Notes under the pieces: generated by a model | The model's database searches: none | Told to the model about the DNA's origin: nothing | Seen by the model: only the letters and a program-made list of their open reading frames with translations | Program-made: the position numbers and the translations under genes | Assembly: GCF_009914755.1 (NCBI RefSeq) | Contig: NC_060931.1 | DNA: 64,000 bases | Strand: one strand, 5' to 3' | Source: the human T2T-CHM13v2.0 reference genome, Homo sapiens | Part shown: positions 18,583 through 33,699 of the stretch, piece by piece | How positions within the stretch are numbered: position 1 is the stretch's first letter | Layout of the letters: each line of letters starts with the position of its first letter

Positions 18583-19853
18583 CTTTATAAATAAACACTT
18601 TACAAGAAACCACAGAACAATTGTCAAATACATCTCAATATGACTGCAGGAAATCTGTGGTCTATTCTTTCGGCTTGACCCATTTTCCAAAATTGCCTTG
18701 AACCATGGGAATAAAATGAATTTTAAAATGTCATAGTACTCTAAAACATGCACCTCTACTCAGCCCCTGCCCTCTCCTTCCTCACCTCCTCCCAACATCT
18801 ATCTTACTCCTCCTTTAAGGCTGTAGTCACATCACTTACTAGAACCATGGGACATAGGGGAAATGTTCCATGTATGCTCATGTTCAGAAGGGACAGGAGT
18901 GAGAAGGCTTGAACAAGAAATTTCATGAGGGAGATATTTAAAACTGTGCTTGGAAGTCTCTACAGATGATCTAAAAGATGAAGCAGGAGAAGCAATATTT
19001 GCATCTCCAAACCTAGAGGAACAGTGCAAAAACAGAAGGACCTATCTCCAGTTGCTGGGAGTGAGACCAGTTGTTAGCTCTCAGCTGTTGAGCCGTCAGA
19101 CCTGTCCAGAAATTAGCTTATGCTGAAGAGAGATGCCCTATGTAAGTCAAGTGTCTTTTCCAGAGGAAGTTTGCATCCGATGGGGATTATAAAGTTCTGC
19201 TCACTCTCCTTCATTCTGAAAGTCCAACCAAACTTTAGAACTCCCTGTAGAGTCTATATTTGTTGTGACTACATCTCAGTCTCACTTCTCCCTGCCTAAT
19301 CCTGGGTTCTTCCCTTCTCCCTCTAGCACATTTCCTGAGAAGATTCCCTAATAAACTTCCTTCATCCATTTTATCTTCATCTCAACAGTCTGTATTCCTA
19401 GGAACCCAAACCTTTGCACATGTACATGTACATATCACTTATGTTAGGAAACGCAGTGATGTAATTTGCAATATTAGTAGGTCAAAAGGAAAAAGACATG
19501 GAATTATATCAGTCAACGTCAAAATAAAATTTTCTAAATTTATACCACAGATAAAAGACTTTAATGAAATAGGACTAAGCAAAGTATAGCCACACTGATT
19601 TTAAAATAAACTAATTAATTTCCAATAACCAACATCAATATTAATGATAAGATATTAGGTGCCCTACAGGTAAATAAATAATAAAAGCACATTAACTCAC
19701 TTTTGAAAAGGTAGCAAGCAATTGTAATTATACAAGAGAAAGCAACATAAGATATTTTTGGAAACAAGGAGGGAAAATTATCACTATTTGCAACTGAGTC
19801 TATGATAAACCTGGAAACTCCAAGACAATCAAAAGGAAATGTTTTAAATGCTA

Positions 19854-19978
19854 GGATGTGGAGAAATAAGAACACTTTTACACTGTTGGTGGGACCGTAA
19901 ACTAGTTCAACCATTGTGGAAGTCAGTGTGGCGATTCCTCAGGCATCTTGAACTAGAAATACCATTTGACCCAGCCAA
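19854..19978 (+). mobile_element. Internal L1PA ORF2 fragment (~125 bp), no tail
   Basis: Translates [41 protein letters not shown]. Confidence 0.85.
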
Positions 19979-20529
19979 CACTCCAGAGTATTACTATAGA
20001 CATTTCCTAGACAATTTCTCCCCACAGGGAGGTTCTCTGAAATTACAGAGCTGGACAGGGAAGAAAGGCCCAGAATCCTAGAAGCCATGAATGAGTTATG
20101 TAAAAATGTTTTGATGGTTAATGATCCTTACAATCAGACTCAGACAAAAATGTCCCCTCTCAGGTTCCCCTTTCTGTGCCCTTCTTCCCCTGGGCAGTGC
20201 CTATCAGAGGCTCCTCTTCTCTCCCAGTGGCATCTGCTTTAGAACAATCCCTGCTGCTGGTGTCAATGAGGTTTAAGCCCTTCTCAGGGGGCCATTTGCA
20301 TCTAGACAAACTTCTAACTGTTGGGACATATCCCAGCTGGGAAGGACTGAAATCCACCAACTTCCTTGGCATTCATGCCTTTCTTTCCAGTCCAGATGAA
20401 ATCATTAAAACACTCTTTTTTCACTTTTGAGAAGAAGAGACAGTTGGCCCACATGACAGCAAATAACTACTGATTAACTTTCCATTTAAACTGTTTATTT
20501 TGCATAATGGCATGAAAGAGAATTTCAAA

Positions 20530-20620
20530 CACAGGCACGTGGTGGCGTTCATTAGCAGTCAGGAAGCTCAGGAAGATTCAAGAGAGGAAGAAGACCGACT
20601 GGAGTCTCGGTTTTACTTTC
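20530..20620 (+). promoter_or_regulatory. Putative GIMAP2 proximal promoter (clustered ETS GGAA cores, E-box)
   Basis: CACGTG at ~20536, CAGGAAG twice (~20560-20575), GAGGAAG at ~20584 and an IRF-like TTTTACTTTC at ~20611, just before exon 1. Motif evidence only. Confidence 0.45.
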
Positions 20621-20695
20621 TTTTTCTCTTGGAGCTGAGCTATAAGACAACAGGACTGAACAGGGAGCCAACTGTTTCTTTGAACAGTAAATCAG
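20610..20695 (+). other. GIMAP2: GIMAP2 non-coding exon 1 (5' end approximate)
   Basis: Ends at a strong donor CAG|GTAAG (intron starts 20696). Lies upstream of the ATG exon and matches the usual GIMAP layout of a non-coding exon, a short ATG exon and one large exon. The transcription start cannot be read from sequence. Confidence 0.75.
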
Positions 20696-21555
20696 GTAAG
20701 CCCAGATTTACGAAAAGTTCTGCAGTGTTGATTTCTAGGTCCCAAGCCATGCACAAACATTTTCATTTTTCTTAGAACAAATTTGTCCTATTTTAAGAGA
20801 AGCAATTTAGAGTGACTGCCTTTTCCTTAAGTGGAGCCAGTTTACAGGAAACCGATGTAATTTACTTTACACATTACTGGCAAAGAAAGAATTTCCATAG
20901 TATAAAGTCAATAAAAAGTGCTAACTGGGAAGAATTTGGGCATTAATCGGTGGCTTTCAGTTTTCTGTGCTTGTACGCTTGGTCTATGCCTGCCAGATTT
21001 AAGCAAGAGAAACTAGCTGATGAAAACGTACCGATATTTCTCACTCCATAGTAGTTCCTACATTGCAAGGGCTTCATAACCAGGGGCTGTTGGGGAATGA
21101 GAAAAATTCAAGCCATTAATGGATCAAGTGAAGTGTATTTCCAGCTTAAAGGACTGCACGGTTTCCCAGAGTCATAATCTTCATTCACTGAGTCTCTCAG
21201 CAAAGACTCAACATGAGGGAGGAGGTTTGGAGAGAGTAGAGGAGGGAAGGAGGCAAGGTGGGAAAAGAAAGAGAGGGAAAGGGAGGACTGAGCCTAAGGT
21301 GTAAGGGAAGGCACACCTACAGAGAAAGCTGACAGAAGCGAAGAGTGTGCAGGCAAAACAAAAACAGAAGGGAGCCGGGCTGATCTGTGAGAGGACGGGA
21401 GGAAGAAAGCGAGAGAGAGCTGGGCATGAGGCTTACAAATGAAACCCACTTCTCAGCCCCTCAGCAAGTGATTCCAGTTCTCTGTAAAGTAGGAAGTCAT
21501 TCCTTTCCCACCCACCTTGTCCCTTATGAGTAGACAAATGAAACATGGTTGTTTA

Positions 21556-21957
<402 letters not shown>

Positions 21958-21969
21958 TCAGGAACACCA

Positions 21970-21997
21970 ATGGACCAAAATGAACACAGTCACTGGG
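21970..21997 (+). CDS. GIMAP2: GIMAP2 coding exon 2 (MDQNEHSHW-G)
   Basis: Polypyrimidine tract and CAG acceptor ending at 21961, ATG at 21970, phase-1 donor G|GTAAG at 21998. Joins exon 3 in frame (G+GA = Gly). Confidence 0.92.
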
Positions 21998-22012
21998 GTA
22001 AGAAGGTGACTT

Positions 22013-22015
<3 letters not shown>

Positions 22016-22065
<50 letters not shown>
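22016..22065 (+). repeat. (TG)~25 microsatellite
   Basis: Perfect dinucleotide run starting ~18 nt after the exon 2 donor. Confidence 0.97.
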
Positions 22066-22068
<3 letters not shown>

Positions 22069-22081
22069 GCTCTTCTGATGA

Positions 22082-22484
<403 letters not shown>

Positions 22485-23009
22485 CGAAAATTGTTAAAAT
22501 ACTCACCAGGATCCAAAATATGCATCCAGGCTTTTCCCTTATGCACAAATCTTTCAGATCTCTTTGAAATACTCCTTCTCCTACCATTCAGTCTTCTCTT
22601 CCTTCTCTCACATTTCCATAGGTTCTTTGTGTGTGTGTGTGTGTGTCTCTCTCTCTGTCTTTCTGTCTGTCTCTATCATTCCCTTCTCTTCCCTTGTCCT
22701 TTCTCTCTCTCTCCTCTTCTTGCACCTGTTTCTGCTATCTGTATGGTATGGGCGTCTCTCTCTCTGTATCTTGACCTCCCCTTTCCCACTCCCTCCTCCT
22801 CACTCTCTGCCCCTCGACAGCCCTGTCTTCAGTCTCTTACATCAAGAAGAGCCCAGATCTTCCTCCTTACCAAGTTGCCTTCACACTCAACCCTCACCTG
22901 TGAGAAATAGGAGGTCTCTGGCTTCATTGTGTATGGAACTTGTTTATTGATCAAGCTGAACTCTGAGATCCAAATGAGAAACAACTTTTTTTTTCCTCCC
23001 AGCCACTGA

Positions 23010-23340
<331 letters not shown>

Positions 23341-26300
23341 ACAATCTTGATTTATTGATGCCATCTCAGGCAGTTGCCTTTCTGATTAATAGAGACTAGA
23401 AGAATAGTCTATTAAAGTCACTATGACACATGTATCAGGTGTTGTACTGTTCGGTGCCGTCTAACATCAAACTTACATTCAATTTGAGTTTCTCCTTCCT
23501 CTACCTCAGCCTCAGCCTGAACTCTGGTACCTTCCAAAAGTCCTCCTCTCCCTTCCAGCTCTGCCCCCTCAACCCTCATGCTAGTCCCTCCTTCCCCATC
23601 AGGCAGGAGGATGGGTGACTGGAGAAAGAAGGTGGAGTGCTTGAGTCCCATTGTCCTTGCAGTTGTCTCCTGGCTAGTCCTCACCGCCATCCCATGCCCC
23701 ATTACAGCAGACACCCTCCACTGTGCGAGAACACTGTGGAGTCGCCACAGGGCTAAGTTGCAGGCTTCCCGCCAGAGGCTGCGCCCTCTCTGGCAGAATT
23801 CTCCAACTAGACCTCTGCTCCCACCCTCATGGCACCCCTGGCTTCCTCTTGTAATTGCACTCCGCTTGCCATACAAGGCAGGCCTTTGGACAGGGCCTCA
23901 TCAAGGCAGCTGTGCCTAGTTATTTTCTGTAAGATCCCTTCTGTCCATGGGAAACCCCCTAAGCCATTGCTGCTTACTCCTTATCCTGGTCTCCTAGGTG
24001 GCTCTAGTCAGCCTTCAAAATTTAGAATTCTCCAGAAAGGAAATAGACACCAATTTCCATGTTTATACATGTCTCCAAACTTCAGGTTACATCTAACTCC
24101 TCTCAAAAATTTGCTCAAGAATTCTCTTCACTTTGCTGCACTTGGATAGGCTTACCAGTTTCTGTCATTCAGCAGACACCCATCTGGGAAATGACCTACC
24201 TATCTCTCAACTTTGGTGACATGCCCAATATTTATGAGTGGATGATTTAGAGACCCTCTCACTTGGCTTTGGATGCAGAGAATTCTCTTCCCTATACCCT
24301 CCCCATGGGAGAGAATGAGGTAGCACTCCCTAGGAGGCCAGCAACTCAGGACTCCCACCGCTTCTCTTCAATGACTCCCTTCATTTCTGTTTTCATAGGC
24401 GAGAGGAAGGTTAAACGTGCAATTTGGCTGCCTCTAAGCAAGCTCCAGCGCGGTGTATCAGGAGCTGCTTGGCTGCTGTTTTCAGAATATAGAAATGTGT
24501 AATGTAATGCCTGCTTCCTTTTAAGTACAAGTGTCCATTGCATGTCTACTGTGAGGCCATAATTTCACTGGCCTACAGAAAATAAGATTAAATGTCCATA
24601 AATTTTGGCCAATTTGTCTGGAAGAGAAAATACTTAAATATGTGCAACAAGTGTTGGCGTAGCAGCATGGCAAAGCACTAATACTTCAGGCATAGAAAAC
24701 GGGCAGGTTCAAATGCCAGCTTTTTCATTTACAAAACTGGTTACTTTTAATGGGCTCTAAGTTATTGGGCAAGTTGCAGATTTATGTGTAAAATAAGGTG
24801 AATAAAAGGAACCCATGGGTAAAAAGGTTGACAAACCCTTTCCCTTTCTGAGAATTTAATCTTTGGTTAAATGTTTTAGCTGAGATTCTCTAATAATTTA
24901 ATAAGAGTAAAATGTCTCTAACATTATTAGGAACTTTGCTTATGGTTGAAAACTTCTCTTGATGGGTGAATTATATCTATACTGGAAGAACTATAAATAC
25001 ATGCTAGGAAGCTATGTTTTGAACTTCCCTGAGCACAGTGACTCTTGTAACTCTCATGTTCCTTGCAGGGAATCTGGAAGCTAAACCCCAGAGTTGCTAC
25101 AAGAGACATTGGCTCCTGTGAGTCCAGGTGGCTTCTATAACTGCTCAAGATGCCATCTCCTTGCCCTGGGACCTCCCTAGGTGACAGTTTGCAGTGTTCC
25201 ATGAATTGCTGCATAGACTTCCACTAGGTGGAAGGCCCAACATTGTCCCTCTGGCAAGCGAAGTTTTCCATTCTTCTGAGTAGACTAGTGTCCCAGTGAG
25301 GCCCATGGCAGTCCTGTGAGCCCGAGAGGTCATTTGAACCAGCTAAGAACAAGACCACTGGTGGGCATTGCAGCACCTAACCCTAAATCATATCATTGCT
25401 AGGAGGAGTAAATTAGGTAATGCAGGTAAACCACTTGGAACAGATCCTGGCACATTAAAAGTGCTCAATAAAGGGTAGATTTCACTAACTATTTAGGTGA
25501 CTTTGTCCAAGTTACTTAACCCCTGCATGCAAGTTACTTCATCTATAAGGAGGTTGCTATAAACAATCCTAGCCTAATTTTCACCAAGTGCTTAAGTGCA
25601 CCAGCACTCTTTTAAGTTCTTTACATATATTAACTTATTTAGTCATTAGAACACCACCACATGGAGTAAACCATCATCTTCTCCAGATGAAGAGAAATTA
25701 ATCAGTTGTCCAAGATCATATGACTAGCAATGGAAAGACAATCTAAACTAAGCAATCCAGCTCCAGATTCTTTTTTTCTTCACCACTGCATGCTGCCTCT
25801 CAGAAAGCTCATTTTCTTTGTACAGTCTAAGTTCCTTCTAAGCTCTGATATTCTGTGGTCAATGTAGACTTTCCTTCTCCAACTTTCTCTCTGCAACATG
25901 AGAGTAAGGAACAGCTAAACCGCAAAAGGCAATGAGCTTAGCAGGAGAGTCTTAGTTTGTTTGGATATTCCCTCCAGAAAGATTCTCCTGTTATCATGGT
26001 ATTCCGTTTCACTCATATAGGTCAAATGTTCCTCCCTTACAGTAAAGGAATCAAGGGGTTAACCCTCAAGAGCCAGAGTCACCCTTGCCTTGCAAGTTAA
26101 ATCACTCCTCTCTCCACTACAAAGCTGCATCTTGGTTCTTCCATGAACCTGCCCTAGACAAGTCATTCTTATCACTGCCATGTGGACCAGCGAAATGGCA
26201 CCATGGCTCCTATGCCTTCCCCTTTTATGTGTCTGAAACACATTTTTTCCCTAAAGCCTCAAGCTCCTTCATACCTCTGTCCCCATTCACTCCTCTCCCC

Positions 26301-26857
26301 AGAACCTTACCCACGTTGAAGGGAAATGGGGAAGGAGAGAGGAAAGTTTACCATATTCTGTGACTATTTTATACCAAAATTATGCCATGCTTTCTAAGCA
26401 AAATTATGATATCCTTTATAAGATATCAGTTGTTTCTTCACTAATAAAAATAATTTTACACTGCTCATTCTAATATTTTGCTGGTCCAGCCACTTCCCTG
26501 GTAGTCATGACCCCACTCTGCCCAGCCAAGGTCAAAGTAGCAACCTCTGGCCTTGAAACAGAGCCAGGTCACTTGGCCCACATTGAGATGGAACCCATGG
26601 CCTTGCCTACGCATCTCTGATCTCCAGAAAACTTTTCTTCTAGAGATCCAGGACTGAGTGATTCAGGCAACCATTACATGATGAGAAATGTCTCTAAATC
26701 CATCTCATCCCCAAGTATGTTTTCCTAGGCTCCAACATGGCAATACCCTGCAGTCCTACAGCAATCAAGTTAGCTTTCATTTCACGTGAAATAGATGTGC
26801 GAGTATCTTTTTACATAACGGGGAATACCTCCTTATCATTAAAAATATTCCACTACC

Positions 26858-28210
<1,353 letters not shown>

Positions 28211-28523
28211 TTACAGATCCCAGTTATTATTTACTCACTATCATTTAGTGGGTGAATCACAGTAATTTCCCTGTAAAATGTGGTACCTGAAGTCATATTT
28301 GAGATTCTATGAAATGTTTAAATCTGAACATCACTCCAATTATTAATGAACCAAATCATACGATAAGTTACTGTTTGCATTGAAATATAATATCAAAGCC
28401 TTTTGAAATCTGTAAACATAAAATTCCTCTCATTTTCAAATATCTAAAGCCAGTTTTATGTTCCTAAAATCTCATTTTCTTCTTTCTAGTACTACTATTT
28501 CTACTGAATATAATGAAAATGGC

Positions 28524-28529
28524 AATAAA
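28524..28529 (+). terminator. Candidate GIMAP2 polyadenylation signal
   Basis: First AATAAA noticed after the stop codon (~315 nt downstream), followed by T/GT-rich sequence. Confidence 0.65.
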
Positions 28530-30074
28530 ATAATATTACATAAACTGTAAAGTTCCTTTGATCATATGTTGTTAATTCTCTTCTATAGTTTTCTCCTTAG
28601 AAAATGGTAAGTGGACATGACTCATGTTAGCCAGATTTTAGCCCTGACGTCCTACAGATTTATCACTGAAACATAAGTAAAGACAAATGTCAGAAAAGAT
28701 AGCAAATTGGACTGGATATTCTGAAGCATCATCTTGCTAGATGCAAATAGAGGCTACATTTATTAAAAGAAACAGAATTTTTATAATTGATGAGTTCACC
28801 AGAAAAATAAAGAAAATTCCAAAGGTAGAGCAAACAATATTTTTTTTTAAATGAGGAGCACAAACTGGAGTTGAGGCCCATGAGGAATACATGAACAAGG
28901 AAGGCAGAGGTGACCGATAGACAAATGCCGGTACCAATCCTAAGATGAAGAAATCAATCTTGGGCTGTCAGTAAAATTGGAGAGCTGATTTGGAGTGTTC
29001 TGTATTAATTTAGGACCTTCCAGGAGACTAAAGTTATCCAAAATTAGTTGAATTATTGACAGCCAGTAGAAGCAAACACAAATCTTCTCTAGAGGAAAAC
29101 ATCTCCAATTTACTTGAGTATTCAGATGGAATTAATTCAGTAAAGTGAACCCAAATCATGTCCCTATGAACAAGATCAAAAAGATTAAAAAACCCAACAG
29201 AAGTAGACTCAGAAACTTTAATATCACAGTACTAGTTACAGTGTACTAAGTAGCTATAAAATATTTCTTAGAATATCACACACATACAGCCCAAATTAAA
29301 AAGGAACAAAAAACTACCAAAGATGATGAGCTGTATTTGAAAAAACTCATGAAATTTTAATAAATCAAATTATAATTGATTTTTTTAAAGTTAATGATGA
29401 ATACTCCTATTAGTGTTGGAGAAGTGTATTCATTACATAAACTCCTCCATGGGTAGCAGTTATAAAAACTTTTAAAAATTTTAAATCTATGTAAAGATAC
29501 TGGAAAACATCTAAAAGTGGACAGATGAAAAAAGAGAGTTTCTCTCAAACATTGCAGGGATTTGTATTAAAATTTGGAGCAACAAAAGATGCAGACTATC
29601 ACTGCTTCTATTTAGCATTTTACCACAGGTCTTATCTATCTAATAACTTCAAAAAAAGAAATAAAAATAAAAGGTATGAGTACTGATGAGAAAGAAAAAT
29701 AATAATTTTAGATAGATAATTAAAGGTAATAAAAGTAGAGCAATGAATCTCAATATAATATCAACTTTTTAAAAGCTACAACACTTCCATATCCTGACAA
29801 CAGACAGAAAAACTGAATTTAAAAAACAGAGTTCAGACTTCCTTGTCAGATCAAAATAGCATAACAAGGACCAGATATCCCCTTCCTGCCCCATGTGAAA
29901 CAATCAAAAAATGGACAAATGATATAAAATGACAGTGCTGAAGACACTGAAAATCAGGTAACAAAAGAGAGTAATCACTGAGAATTGGAAAACAAGACAA
30001 GAGTTTCAATTTTCCCAGCCTCCTGTCTTGAGAGAGTTTTCAGGTCACAACACAGAGAGGGTATAACAGACAGA

Positions 30075-30598
30075 CCCTATGTTGACTTCAAATGATTCCT
30101 GGCCCCTGGTGTTCACACCTTTGTAGAACTCCTCCCCTTGATTGTAGGTGGGATCTGAGACCTATTTCTAACCAATAGAACATGGCATAGGTGACAGAAT
30201 GTCACTCCAGTGATTTATATAGCTGCACAAAGACTTGCTTTTCCTTTCCTCCTGGCCTTCAAGGAGCAAATTTCCATTTTGTGAATTGCCTATGAACAGG
30301 GCTAACATGGCAGAGAACTGCAGGTGGCCTCTAGCCAACATACAGGAAAAAGTCAAAATCCTTGGTCACAGCCACAAAGAAACAAATTGTGTCAACATCC
30401 TGAGGGTTCAGATCTTTCCCATCAAGCCTCTGATTAGACTTAAGCTAGCATTACAGGCTGGTGAAACCCTAAAGCAGAGAACATACAGTTAAGCTATGTC
30501 TACACTCCCTGCCCACACTAATCTTGAGATAATAAATCTATGCTGTTTTAAGTTGCTAAGTTCGCGGTAATTTGTTATGCAGCATTAAAAAACTAACA
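30075..30598 (+). mobile_element. MLT1 (MaLR) LTR
   Basis: Ends aataaa...gttgctaagttcgcggtaatttgttatgcagcattaaaaaactaaca. Confidence 0.75.
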
Positions 30599-31411
30599 TT
30601 TATGGAAACCAGGTGGAGCCTGGCAGACTCCCTGATTTGAGAAGATAGAGTTGGGATTCTGGAGATACAAAGGTGGCTAAGAGTTCACATAACAGAGTCT
30701 GAGAGAGGAGAGAGCTATATGGAGAGAAAACTAGACACCTGCAGAGAGTCCCCCTTGAGTCTTCAATTGAATACTGATCACCACATGCATGTGGTGAAAC
30801 CCCCTGAGGTGACAAAAAGAACCAGTCAACAAGATTAGAGGAAACAGTGTCCTGCACTCACCACGGACCATAAAAACTAAAAAAGCCTGTGATTTGTGGG
30901 GCATTGGGTAGATTTCCCAGAAGAGCCTTGCCTCACTAGTGGGAAATAATTGGTTCTAGACTGACAACTTATCAAGTATGCCTACCAAATATTAAAAGCA
31001 AGACCTGAAGGATCAAACTGTTTCCAAGTAACTTAAATGCATCCCAGAAGAAAGCTCAAGAATATTTACAGAAGTAAGAAAATATTCAGCACATAAGAAG
31101 GTCAAAACCAGATGTCTGGCATCCAGTAAAAAATTACCAAACATGAAAATTAGCAAGAAAATATGAAGAGATAAATCAATGAATAAATACCAGCCCAGAC
31201 TGACAAAAGTGTTAGAATTATCAGCCAAAAACATTAACACAGTTATTACAACTGTGTGCTATATGTTAAAACAGTTTAAGTAGTAAGGTGGAAGACATTA
31301 AAAAGATCCAAATTTAACCTCTAGAGATAAAAACTACCATAAAAGATATAAGAAGTACATTGAATAGGGTTAGCAAAATATTAGGCTGAAAAAGAAAAGA
31401 TTAGTGAACTT

Positions 31412-33680
31412 ATGATCATCTAAATAGATGCAGAAAAGGCTTTCAATCAAATTCAAAAATCCCTTCATGTTAAAAACTCTCAATAAACCAGGTATTGAAG
31501 AAACATACCTTCAAAATAATAAGAGCTATCTATGACAAACCCACAGCCAACATTATACTGAATGGACAAAACCTGAAAGTATTCCCCTTGAAAACTGACA
31601 CAAGACAAGGATGTCCTCTTTCACCACTTCCATTCAACATAGTATTGAAAGTCCTGGCCAGAGCAATCAGATAAGAGAGAGAAATAAAAGAGAGTAACAA
31701 AAGAGAGTTTGTTTCTCTCTTCCAAATGGGAAGAGAGAAATTTACACTATCCTTGTTTGCAGACAACATGAGCCTATATCTAAAAAATCCCATAGTCTCA
31801 GCCCAAAAGCTCCTTCGGCTGATAAAGAACTTCAGCAAAGCCTCAGGATACAAAATCAATGTACAAAAGTCACTAGCATTCCTATATAACAACAACAGTC
31901 AAGCCGAAAGCTAAATCAGGAATGCAATCTCATTCACAACTGCCTCAAAAAGAATAAATATTTAGGAACACAGCTAACTAGGGAGGCGAAAGATCTCTAT
32001 AATGAGAACTACAAAACACTGCTTAAAGAAGTCAGAGATGACACAAACAAATGAAATAACATTCTATGCTCATGAATAAGAAGAATCAATATTGTTAAAA
32101 TGACCATACTGCCCAATGTAATTTATAAATTCAATCTTATTCGTATCAAACTACCAATGACATTCTTCACAGAACTAGAAAGAAAACTATTTTAAAATTC
32201 ATATGGAATCAAAACAGCCTTAATAGCCAAGGTGATCCTAAGCAAAAAGAACAAAGCTGGAGGCATCATGCTACGTAACTTCAAACTATACTACAGAGCT
32301 ACAGTAAGCAAAATAGCATGGTACTGGTACAAAAACAGACATATAACCAATGGAACAGAATAGAGAGGCCAAAAATAAGGCCACACCAACTACAACCATC
32401 TGCCAAAAATAAACAATGGGGAAAGGACTCCCTATTCAATAAATGGTGCTGGGATAACTGGCTAACCAGGCTAGCCATATGCAGAAGATTGAAGCTGAAC
32501 CCCTTCCTTATACCATATACAAAAATCAACTCAAGATGAATTAAAGACTTAAATGTAAAACCCAAAAACTATATAAACCCTGGAAAACAACCTAGACAAT
32601 ATTATTCTGGGCATACGAACTGGCAAAAATTTCATGATGAAGATGCCAAAGGCAATTGCAGCAAAAGCAAAAACTGACAAATAGAATCCAATTAAAGAGC
32701 TTCTGCACAGCAAAAGAAACTATCAACAGAGTAAACAGACAACCTACAGAATGGGAGAAAATTTTTACAAATTATGCACCTGACAAAGGTTTAATATCCA
32801 GCATCTGTAAGAAACTCAAGCAAATTTATAAGAAAAAAAAGCAACCCCATTAAAAAGTGGGCAAAGGACATGAATAGCCACTTTTCAAAACAAGACATAC
32901 ATGTGGCCAGCAAGCATATTTTAAAAAAGCTCAATATCACTGATAATTAGAGAAATACAAAATAAACTACAATGAGATACTATCGCACATCAGTCCAAAT
33001 GGCTATTACTAAAAAGTCAAAAAATAACAAATGCTGGCAAGGTTGCTGAGAAAAGGGAACACTGATACACTGTTGGTGAGAGTGTAAATTAGTTCAACCA
33101 TTGTGGAAAGCAGTGTGGCAATTCCTCAAAGATCTAAAACCAGAACTACCATTCAACCCAGCAATCCCATTACTGGGTATATCCTCAAAGGAATATAAAT
33201 TATTCTATCATAAAGACACACATGCATATGTATGTTCATTGCAGCACTATTCACAATAGCAAAAACATGGAATCAACCTAAATGCCCATCAATGCTAGAC
33301 TGGATAAAGAAAATGTACATATACACTATGGAATACTACACAGCCATAAAAAAGAATGAGATCATGTCCTTTGCAGGAACATTAATGGAACCGGAGGCCA
33401 TTATCCTTAACAAACTAATGCAGGAACAGAAAACCAAATAGTACATGTTCTCATGTGGGAGCTAAATGATAAGAACATATGGACACAAAGAGGAGAACAA
33501 CAGACACTGGGGCCTATTTGAGGGTGCAGGATGGAAGGAGGAAAAGGAACAGAAAAAACAACTATTGGGTACTAGGCTTAGTATCTGAGTGACAAAACAA
33601 TCTGTACAACAAACCCTTGTGACACAAGTTTACCTATATAACAAACCTGCATATTTACCCCTGAACCTAAAAATTTAGAA
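31412..33680 (+). mobile_element. 5'-truncated older primate L1 (late L1PA/L1PB type, ~2.3 kb) inserted in an L1M
   Basis: ORF2 RT to 3'UTR. TSD-like aagatta(g/a)tgaactt at ~31398 and ~33688. Host L1M sequence resumes afterwards. Confidence 0.88.
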
Positions 33681-33699
33681 AAGAGAGAAGATTAATGAA

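Noticed and set aside
22491-22950. Long ORFs over a pyrimidine-rich (TG)(TC) tract
   Set aside because: Low-complexity sequence that lacks stop codons.
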